DNA of 51,596 bases, the filler included, from Basidioascus undulatus (Eukaryota): NCBI GenBank assembly GCA_000826855.1. It is 3 parts of 3 records of this genome, joined end to end, with 100 filler letters (N's around TTAATTAATTAA, not from the genome) between each part and the next. Parts side by side here need not be neighbours in the genome. Positions count along the whole stretch, not along the records: positions 1 to 17,171 come from JTLS01000547.1; positions 17,272 to 34,424 come from JTLS01000548.1; 1 more part is not named here. One strand, written 5' to 3'. The first letter of the stretch is position 1; each line of letters begins with the position of its first letter. Shown here one piece after another: positions 15,133 to 24,543 of the stretch. The notes beneath the pieces are model-generated. The model searched no databases. It worked only from the letters and a program-made list of their open reading frames with translations, and was not told the DNA's origin. Both the position numbers and the translations under genes were made by a program.

Positions 15133-17171
15133 ATGTCAGCATCTTCTCTCTCCCCCTCCGCCTCGCCACACTCCTCCGCACCGACGACCCCTCCCCCCTC
15201 CTCGCCCTCGCCCACCAACCCTCCCCCTTCCCTCCTCGAGCCGCTCTCCTCGATTCCCACCTCCGAGCTCGAAGCGCGCCTCGCCCCGATCCTCCTCCCC
15301 TCGCACGACCAACGCACAGAGTTCCGCAACTGGGCGCTCACCTTCCGCGCGCGCCCGCGGCGGACGTACGCGCCTACGAGCGAGGAGCAGTGCCGCTGGA
15401 TTGTTGAGCTTGCGGGGCGGGCGGGGGAGACGGTCAGACCTGTCGGGAGCGGGCACAGCCCCAGCGATCTGGCGTGCACTAGTGGATGGATGGTCAAGAT
15501 GGATGGACTGGCGGGGGTCATTGAGGCGCGTCTTCCTCTTTTCTCCTCGCTCTGGGTTTATCTCAGAAACTAAGAGAATCATCTGCCTCTTCAGATCGAC
15601 GACACCGCCTCCCCCCCAACCGTGACAGCCCTGTCCGGCACCTCCCTGCACGCTTTACACGCAGCGCTCGGCGCGCGCTCCCTCGCAATGTCCAACCTCG
15701 GTTCGATCTCCGACCAAACGCTCGCCGGTATCCTCACCACCGCGACGCACGGCACGGGCCTCTCCTACGGGGTGATATCCACTCACGTCCGCTCGCTCAC
15801 GCTCCTCCTGGCCGACGCGTCCGTCGTTCGCTGCGCGCGCGGTACAGGCGAGCGCGAGGACCTCTTCCTCGCGACGCTGTGCGGGCTCGGCGCGACGGGC
15901 TTGATCCTCCGCGCAGAGATCGAGGTGGAGAGTGCGTTTAGGTTGGAGGAGAGCAATGAGCCGGTCAGGTTCGATGAGTGGGTGAGGGATGAGGAGGGGT
16001 GGAGGGAGACCATTAAGAGCGCCCAGCATGTCAGGGCGAATTGGGTGCCTCAGGCTGGGGGGGTCGCGGTTATGCGCGCGAATCGGACGACGAAGGTGCG
16101 TTCTTCCTCCCTTCTCACCATCCCCTCTCTCTCTCTGCTCGTTCTCTCTCCTTCCTAGCGAGATGCTGACTCGCCTCCTTCCCGCAGCCTCCAACCCCCG
16201 CACCCTCCGCCCTCCGCGCCTTCCTCTCCTACCACGCCCAACAAGCCGCGCTCTACATTGCGCGTTTCTTCCCCTCCCTCTCCTCCCCCATCGCCCGCTT
16301 CTTCTGGCGCAACGTCATCGGCAGCCGTGGGACGAAGGTCGACGATTCGTGGAAGGTTTACAACTTCGACTGGTGCGTCTCCGTCCCTCCTCATCACTTT
16401 CCCCTTCCACTTTCCTCACTACCACTGCCACTCTTTTCTTCTGCTCCACCTACTCTCCTCTCTCTCCTCCTGACCCTGCAGCGTGCTCACCCCTTCCTCC
16501 ACCCACAGTCTTTTCAAGCAATACACGACCGAGTGGTCCGTACCCCTCTCCAACGCGCGCGCATGCCTGCTCGACCTGGACGCGTGGCTGTCCGCGGAGC
16601 TGGCGGACCCGCGCGGCTTGCGCGCGCACTTCCCGCTCGAGATCCGGTGGACGGCCGCAGACGATATCTGGCTCAGCCCGAGCTACGGGAGGGAGACGAT
16701 GTATGTCGGGTTGGTGCAGTACAAGTGCGTCTCTTCCCCCTTCCTCCTTCCTTTCCCCTTCCCCCTCTCCCCTTTCTCTCCCTCCTTCCCCGCCCCCCTC
16801 CCCCTCGCCCCTGGATAGTGTATGCTGATTGGGGCGGGCGATGAAACAGACCATATAACGCCCCCATCCCCTACCGCGCCCTCTTCTCCCGCTTCGAGAC
16901 TATCATGCGGCGCCATTCGGGCCGCGCGCACTGGGCGAAAGCCTCCTCGCAGACGCCGGCCGAGCTGCGCGAGAAGTACCCACGCTTCGACGACTTCGTC
17001 GCGCTCGTCAAGCGAGTGGACCCCAGGGGCATGTTCGCGAACGAGTTTGTGCGGAGGCATGTGCTAGGGATGAAGAAGGAGAAGGAGGGATGGGGGAGGG
17101 AGTTTAAAGAGCGCGCGGAGGGGATGCTAAGGGACGCTGTGAGGGGGTGGGACGTTGGGGAGGAGGCGTGG
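15133..17171 (+). CDS. ALO1: D-arabinono-1,4-lactone oxidase / L-gulonolactone oxidase family FAD oxidase; 3' end runs into the contig end
   Basis: FRNWALTF, RPVGSGHSPSDLACT (covalent-FAD His motif), SNLGSISDQTLAGILTTATHGTG, CGLGATG, QYTTEWSVP, HFPLEIRWTAADDIWLSP, GRAHWAK, DPRGMFANEF. Confidence 0.9.
17109..17171 (+). repeat. 63-bp exact copy of 18350-18412 at the contig end
   Basis: GAGCGCGCGGAGGGGATGCTAAGGGACGCTGTGAGGGGGTGGGACGTTGGGGAGGAGGCGTGG is present at both positions. Confidence 0.9.
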
Positions 17172-17271
17172 NNNNNNNNNNNNNNNNNNNNNNNNNNNNN
17201 NNNNNNNNNNNNNNNTTAATTAATTAANNNNNNNNNNNNNNNNNNNNNNNNNNNNNNNNNNNNNNNNNNNN
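17172..17271. other. Artificial contig spacer (44 N + TTAATTAATTAA six-frame stop + 44 N)
   Basis: N runs around a palindromic all-frame stop linker at 17216-17227. Confidence 0.97.
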
Positions 17272-18415
17272 TCCCGCCAAGGACACCGATACCTCCCAGG
17301 ATGTCGCCAACCAGTTTATCGCATCCAGCTTCCTCTCGCGCCTCTTCACCGCTCTTGCCTCCTCACTTACTCCCAGCCCCACGGCGTGCGCCTTCCCCAA
17401 GCCCCTCACCCTCTTCTCGCAAACCGTGCCCTTCCCGCTCCTCCTCCCCGGCCTGTACGCCTCCCCCCACTTCCTCCCAGCCCTCCGCTTCGCCCTCGCC
17501 CAAATCTACACGCTCCTCACCACCAGCCGGGCGCACGCCATCCCGGACCTATCCCCCATCGCGGCCGTCGCGCCCCTCGCTGCCCCGAGGCTCCTCGAGC
17601 TCACGCTCGCCTCGGGGGAGACGTTCGTCATCCTGGGCGAGACGGCCGAGGTCGTCGGGCGCGCGCCGCTGAATAAGAACCCGAATCCGAGTGCAATGAG
17701 GAGGACGGGCAGCGTCGCGCCTGGTGTGGGAATCGCGCATGAGCTCCGCGTGGACTGGGCGGGGCTCCTCGCGGAGGCTGGCAAGGCGGGCACGACTGTC
17801 TCGCTGAGTGATTGCGTCATTGGGCCGGATGGGGAGACGTACCCGCACGGTATCAGTGCGCACTTTGTGAGGACGTGCGAGGGAGATCAGGAAGGGGAGG
17901 AAAAGCTGCGCGTGGCGAGACGCTATGTGCTTGCTCACGTTTCACCGAACGCGTGGGCATCTCCTTTCTCAACTTACATTAAACCCCAATTTCCTTTTTA
18001 CTGAAACCCCCTTCGAAACCTTCTCAGCGTCTCCGGCGCCCGCAAAACGCTCCTCGAGCAAGCCTGCGACTTCGCCGGCGATCCCTCCGCCTCCTCCAGC
18101 TTCGCACCCCTCACCTCCACCACCTCCAAGCCCAGCCTCATCGCACTCTACCTCCCCCTCGCGCACCTCGTCGAGTCTGTCTCCCTCGCGCTCCACCCGG
18201 CCCTCGCGCTCGTCTCCACCGCGCACAGCGGCCGCGCGCACTTCGTCCTCCGGCTGACGGCGCAGATTGTCGGGAACGAGGACGAGGGCGTCGGGAAGGT
18301 GTGGCAGACTGTTTTGGGGTGCGATGTCGGTGGGCGGTGCGTTGGTAAGGAGCGCGCGGAGGGGATGCTAAGGGACGCTGTGAGGGGGTGGGACGTTGGG
18401 GAGGAGGCGTGGTGA
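17272..18415 (+). CDS. Hypothetical protein, 5'-partial
   Basis: Frame is open from the contig start (PAKDTDTSQDVANQFIASSFLSRLF...). Probable intron 17953-18028 (GTGGGC..CTCAG). Last exon VSGARKTLLEQ...GVGKVWQTVLGCDVGG...EEAW, stop TGA 18413-18415. Strong codon bias. Confidence 0.65.
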
Positions 18416-18658
18416 GAACGGTTGAGAGAGTGTATGTACGCTACACTGGCGGTGGAGAATGCATTGGCTCTTCTTGTCCCTTCACATCGTGCAGTAACGA
18501 ATAGAGATTGCCGAATTCTACTGACGGCATTACTTCACTTCCGCTCCAAGCCTCGTCCGGAGTTGTCCATACGTGAAGCCCTCAGATGGCCTCAAATGTC
18601 TTTCTTCACGACGGGTGGTACAGGGCGCTGGTGAATGTCATAATCTTAGCCCAGATTG

Positions 18659-19197
18659 TCACTCGCTCTTTAATATGAAACATTGAGCCGACAAATCTTC
18701 AGTTTGCAAGCACCGACGAACGTCAGCCATAGCGAAATCGCTAAGGGTGGTGCCCAGGGAGAGTTCGCGCAATGAGCGGAGGCCCTGCGCGAGCGAAGCG
18801 GGCGGAGCGGCGAGAGCCTCAAGAATGACCGGGGAAGGGAAAGGGAGACAGCATTCCAGATTTGAAGACTCGGGACGAGCCGAAGAACGATGATTTGCCC
18901 GTCCTTGCACCACTCGAAATACGCGTCAACGTCGTTGACCTCGTTCCAAGCGACGTATACCTGGGCGTACACCTCGCGAATGTGCACGGCAAGCATCGGG
19001 CGCTCGGAGAATGTACGAAGTAGCAAAGGCAAGGAGTGCCTTGTACACACCCTGCGACGAAGAAAGGGCTTGATGAGGGCGTTCAGTCGGCGCGAGACGA
19101 GGGAGAGGGAGAGCAGATCATGCTCGGAGTGGCTTGCCGCGCGATGCGGCAGAATCTCAAGGAGAATGTTGTCTGGGAGACTGTCAAAAGAGCTCAT
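18659..19197 (-). pseudogene. F-box-like/LRR-like gene relic
   Basis: MSSFDSLPDNILLEIL...DLLSLSLVSRRLNALIKPFLRRRV...PMLAVHIREV, then a frame change near 18860 to PVILEALAAP...LRSLRELSLG and an early stop. Confidence 0.55.
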
Positions 19198-20125
19198 GAG
19201 TGTCGATCAATATGAGTACCTCGTGAATGATGAGATAGATAGAGCACGTAGCAGCGGAATACAAGCAGGGGAGGTGCATGTGTGAGTAGACGATGGTTGT
19301 GGTCAGGAGGTAATTAGAAGCGGGCGAGGCCTCGACGCTCCACCGATAACAACTAACGCGGCACCATTTTTTGCACATACTTTGGCTGACTGGCTTGACA
19401 AACCACCCTCTGGACAGGTACTACTGCTCATCGATGGTAGTAGACGATGGGCCGTTCGCTGTTCCAACTCGGAGAACTCAACCGCGAAGTTCTACACGCG
19501 GAAGGCCTGTTTACCATCATTGCATTACAATGCCTTCAATACTTTATCGGCAAGCCCAACTGTGTCTAAGTTTTTTTTCCGTTTCTATATGTTATACAGG
19601 ACCCATCCACCAATGACCGGCAATGTCACCTCCGGACTCCATCGTCGGTGAGTGCCACTGCGCCGGACTGCCGTGGCGCTCAGTTACCGGCATCCATGCC
19701 CATTATCCCTCGTGCCATGGGCCGCATGGTGGAAAGCGACATGTGAAAATTCCAGGGGTCCGAGGCACCTCGTAGGGCGAGGGCGACTGAGTCCCTTTCT
19801 CGCTAATGTTAGTGTGGTCATGCGACTCTGCCAAAGTGGCAGCAGTACGACTGCGCTCTCCTGTTCGCCTGCCCAGCTGCGAGAGATGTTCACTGCACAG
19901 ACGTTTTTGATGAGGCTTGTCGTAATGGTGCAGCTCTCAACTGGTCATCTGAAGGTCATGGGCCCGGTGAATGAGAGTGGTGAATACTTCCCGGTGGAGA
20001 ACGAGAGCACATGAAAACCAGACGCTGTGAGCGAAAGGACGTCTCATCTCAACCACAGTCATCCCATTCTTTTACTCACACAAGCACTCTAAATCCATTA
20101 CCCTCAACGCTGATCACCGCTCATA

Positions 20126-20610
20126 ATGCAGCTCACCCACCTCATCCCCCTCGGCGCTCTCGCCCTCCTCCCGGCCCTTGCTGCTGCTCAGGCACCTACG
20201 GTCTGCGTAAGTCCTCGCTGCTACAGAGAGTGGTTATCTTCTATAACTTTATGAGCCTTCAAGCAATACTAACATATGATTTCTTCCCAAACAGGTCCTG
20301 AACTGCTTCCAGTCGTCCCTGTCTGCTGGCGGCTGCTCCGCGATGTGAATAGGCCCCTGGTCAACGACCTGCAGTCAATCGATTCTCACAATGTTCTCTT
20401 TCAGCACCGACTTTGGCTGCGTCTGTGCCTCTCAGCCCTTCAAGGACGCCGCACGGAGCTGCATCGAGTCCCAGTGCCCAGGCGACGTCGCGAACGCCGA
20501 GGCGCTCCAGGCAGTGAGTGCCGTGGAAGCTCGACAAGGCTCGGCATTCTGTCGGTTGTGGGCGCTCTTGCTGATTCGGGTGGGGGATGGCATAGGCTCA
20601 CTGCGGTTGA
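20126..20610 (+). CDS. Small secreted CFEM-domain protein (about 84 aa, 4 exons)
   Basis: Spliced product MQLTHLIPLGALALLPALAAAQAPTVC|VLNCFQSSLSAGGCSAI|TDFGCVCASQPFKDAARSCIESQCPGDVANAEALQA|AHCG*. Signal peptide, 8 Cys in CFEM spacing with the conserved TD, and three GT-AG introns. Confidence 0.85.
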
Positions 20611-20799
20611 AAGTTTGGCTGGGTGCATACTGTTGAGGATGGGGTGGCGGAAAGGATGTCAAACAGTTGAAGCAACACGAGAGGACATGTGACTGTACAC
20701 TGAAACTGAGCACGTAAAGCTCTTTCAGGAGGGAAAATGCTACTTAAAGTCTGGAAAGTATAGCGCATAGCGCACCAGAGAGGACAGATTACTTGTGAT

Positions 20800-21100
20800 A
20801 CTGCCACCAACGAGAAGCACAGAGCGGAGACGCAGGGTCGGATGGATTCTTTCACACGGCACTGTCGCCAGCGCTTAACTCCTGCGCCGCTTGGAAAAGT
20901 TCGCATGATTATAATCAAAGACCGTTCACCTTCGGCTATGGTTTTGTTGCCCGCATCAAGGGGCGGGACGGTCTGGGACCTAGGGAGCGACTGACGGGAG
21001 CGAGGGAAACGAAGGAGCAAGCAATGAGCCTATTCAAGGCATGTGATACCATAAAGCTGTATGAGCATCGAGCTTTGTAAACAACAATTTTTGCATGACG
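20800..21100 (+). pseudogene. Orphan C-terminal fragment paralogous to the 23053-23821 relic (inverted copy)
   Basis: 20811-20906 matches the reverse complement of 23117-23212 at 80/96 nt by hand alignment. Protein EKHRAETQGRMDSFTRHCRQRLTP vs EKHRAETQGCVDTITRHCRERLTP. Confidence 0.7.
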
Positions 21101-21298
21101 TTGCATACATCTGAGGTGTCCTGCGTGAAAGCTCTCCAATCGGCAGCTTTGGGCCTCTTCGCTACTTTGAGCTGGCTCCCGCGGCGCGGAAACATCCCGC
21201 GCTCGCGTCTCGCGTCTCTTGCCCTCCTTCCTTCATTAACGCCAGCTCGCTGGACCTGAACCCGGGACAATCTCGCCCTCTTCCTTCTTCCACTGACA

Positions 21299-22546
21299 AT
21301 GTCCGCCGGGCTCTGGCGTGCAAACTCGAATCCGCGCACTCTGCGCCAAACGCTCCTCCAGCGTCCGCGGCGCCTTCTCATCTCCGTCGCGCTCCTGCTC
21401 CTCTTCCTGCTCTACCTCCTCATCCCCTGCACGCCGTCCTACCTCCCGGCCTCCCCCTCCGGGCCCACCAAACCATTGCACATTCAATCGAGCGTCGTGA
21501 TCCCCGCGTATCACGAGCGCCCGAACATCCGGCCGCTCGTGGAGCGCACGTTCGCCGCGCTGCGCGAACCCGCGAGCGCGGAGGTCGTCATCGTCGATGA
21601 TGATTCGCGGGACGGGACGGAGGAGGAGGTGCAGCTTTTGAAGAGCGAGGGTTTTGAGGTGGTATTGATTGCGAGGAAGGGCGAGAGCGGGCTGTCGTCC
21701 GCTGTGCTGAGGGGATTCGAGAAGGCCCGGGGCGAGAAGCTGGTCGTGATGGACGCGGACCTCCAAGTGCGTTCTATCTCATCCTTCACATTCTAGTTTA
21801 CTCCAGATTCAAGTTTCTCTTGAGCACATCTTTCTCACCTTTTAATCGAACCGAAACGCGAGCTGAACATCATCTCCCATGCCCTCCCGCCCAGCACCCG
21901 CCCGAATCCGTCCAGTCCCTCCTTGACGCGCTCGACGATCCCGCCACGCCCTTCGCGCTCGGCACGCGCTACGCACCTGGCGTCGAGATGGACCGCGCGT
22001 GGCCCGCCTACCGGCGTCTCATTTCCTGGGGCGCGCGTATTCTCGCGCGCCCGCTCACGAGCGCGAGTGACCCGATGTCTGGCTTCTTCGGGCTGAAGAA
22101 GGAATATGTGCGTTAATTCTTCTTTACTCCCTCGCCCACATATGTCTCTTGGACTTGACGATCTGTCATCTTTCCCCTCGGACGCACAGTTCCTTCGCAC
22201 CGCCCCCCTCAACCCAACAGGTTTCAAGCTCGCCCTCGAGCTGCTTCTCAAAACCCCGCTTCCTTCCACGCCTCCCCATCGCGGGATCGCCGAGGTCCCC
22301 TACTCCTTCGGCACGCGCGCCGTGGGGACCTCCAAGCTCTCCTCCAAGGTGATGGCGCGCTACGTCGGCCAGCTCGCCGCGCTGTACTGGTGGAGGTGGG
22401 GCGTGTGGGGACTGCTGGGGCTCGGGTCGGTCGGCGCGGCCGGCGCGTGGGTCGCGGGGAAGGCATGGGGCGTTTGGAGGAGGAGAAAGGCTGCGGGAAT
22501 GGGAGGAAGGAAGGGCGGGAGGGCGAAGGTCAAGGGGGAGGTCTGA
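21299..22546 (+). CDS. DPM1: Dolichol-phosphate mannosyltransferase (GT2, S. cerevisiae-type with C-terminal hydrophobic anchor), 3 exons
   Basis: SVVIPAYHERPNI, VIVDDDSRDGT, GLSSAVLRGF, VMDADLQ|HPPE, ASDPMSGFFGL, GFKLALELL, EVPYSFGTR...SKLSSKV. Confidence 0.92.
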
Positions 22547-23052
22547 GAGGGGAGCTAGCGAGCGATGGGGCTAGGCTGTTGTCGCTAGAAAGCAAGAAAT
22601 ATTTCGGGGAACTTCCATAGGTTTGAGCGCGTCTGATGGTGTTAATGACCTTCACGATTCAGAAGTTCTGGGCCAAGATCCTGCAGACTGAGCTCGCAGA
22701 TGCCTGCGTGTCTTGCGTGTGACGGCCATTCCTGGCAGTGCATGAGTAGCAGCCATGTCTTGGGGAGATGTTCAGATGCCATACAACAGTTATTCCAATT
22801 ATTAGACTTATCCTAACGCACATTCCAACTGCTGTAATGAACGCAGGTTGTGATTCATACGCTTGTTTGCGACGATTCTTACGCAGCAGCACGGTTGCTG
22901 GACAATTTGCGTCATAAAAAAAAACAGGAAGTCGTAAAGCATTCATGTCATCGGAATCTCGGATCCACAGCTTCTTGATAAGTTGCTTTCGACCAGGCCT
23001 GCAGGCTACCATTTCATGCTCCCCTCGCTCCTCTCGCTCCCGTCAGTCGTTC

Positions 23053-23821
23053 TCAACCTCCCAGATCGTGCCGGGTGAACCCATCACCAAAGGTGGCCGT
23101 TTCCTCGATCATAGCAATGCGAACTTTCTCGAGCTGCGAAGGAGTCAAGCGTTCGCGGCAGTGCCGTGTGATAGTATCAACGCAACCCTGCGTCTCCGCT
23201 CTGTGCTTTTCGCTGCTCGAAGTAGATTCGAATCCGAAGACCAAAATGATGTTCGTAAGCGACACCATGACGTCCATGAATTGTTGAAGACATTCGACGC
23301 ATTCATCCCAAGTGTCCAGGGAAGTGTCGGGGTTGATTGATCGGACAGGGTGGGAAATGGCCATGGGAGTATGACTATGGAAGAGGTCATTTAGATCGAA
23401 GTTCTCATGTGATTCAAAGAAGCAAACTTCCACAACATCTCGTGTGCGAACCGGTGAGAACCCGTGGTCATGCATCGCCAGACGCTCGAGGTTAAGAGCG
23501 TAAGTATCGTATTCTTCAAGAATTTCCGGCTTCTATTCCCAACGATTGTGAATAAGACCGAGCGTATGAGCGGACGACGACGAGTGTCCGCTCGGAGAGT
23601 GGCGTAAAAGCGGAGGAAGCGACGCCGGCCGCCTCCTGGCGTCAAGGACGAAAGATCGATGCTCGCGTTAAGAAGCAGAGTTGCGTGTAGGTTAAGGCCC
23701 CGACAAGGCACAGTAAAGCAAGGGTGGCCGAGTCCGAAGTGTACGCGCGAGGGTGAGGCGGGACGGCCACCTCGTCGACAATGAGCTTCAGAACGTCGAG
23801 CGGGAGCTTCGGGGAGGACAT
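23053..23821 (-). pseudogene. Frameshifted F-box-like gene relic (PPHPRAY, same family as 1118 and 49588)
   Basis: MSSPKLPLDVLKLIVDEVAVPPHPRAYTSDSATLALLCLV, a frameshift near 23703 to CRGLNLHATLLLNASIDL...RRPLIRSV, and a further shift near 23470. Confidence 0.6.
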
Positions 23822-24543
23822 CGTGAGTAAGCGCGAGATCGCTACGATGGTGTTTGGAATGCAATACGGAATCGAAGGTGGGTTTAACGAGCTCTGACGG
23901 TGGGCGTGCTGCGGGTCGAACAGATGATGGTGGTGCGGTGGCAAGAAGCGGACAGGGGCTTAACGGGGGAACAGCATTTTGCCCATACTCCTTGCAGTCC
24001 CCTTCGCTCCATATTCAAGTACATGTTCTTTCACAGAAAAAACTGGGCTCCATACATTCAGTGAGAGCTATGGTGGGTACTAAGTCCAAAGTTACAAGGT
24101 CGCCACACTGGCACCAGGATCTCACGAGCATTCATGACTCAACGCCACGCTTCCTTTTCTACCCAGTCAAGGCATTCATGACATAAAGGTACAATTTGAG
24201 ATGCTCGAGCCACTCACTTGTGCAAAAGGAAGGTCATACCGACAAGCGTGCGGCGGGCGTACTGTTCTTGAAGTCGCAGGACTGCCCTTTTTCGCCACGC
24301 ACGACTCTGATTACCTTCCCAGCACAACCATTGCTTCCAAACAGCGAGAGATCGCACCTGAAAGGTCCCATAGCATGACGGACATGGGTCAAAGGGCGTG
24401 AAGCACTGCAAGCGTGCCCGGCGGCTGCCTCCGACACCTCAGCAGCAACTGCCTTCAGATCTCTGTGTCATCACTACAATACAATACAATATCAAGCGCA
24501 GCATGGCATCGTGAATCAGCAAAGTCCCCACCATACTCATCAA

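Noticed and set aside
17172..17271. TTAATTAATTAA palindrome (also 34469-34480) as a piggyBac-like target or regulatory site
   Set aside because: It sits centred in identical N runs at both places, so it is an artificial six-frame-stop linker.
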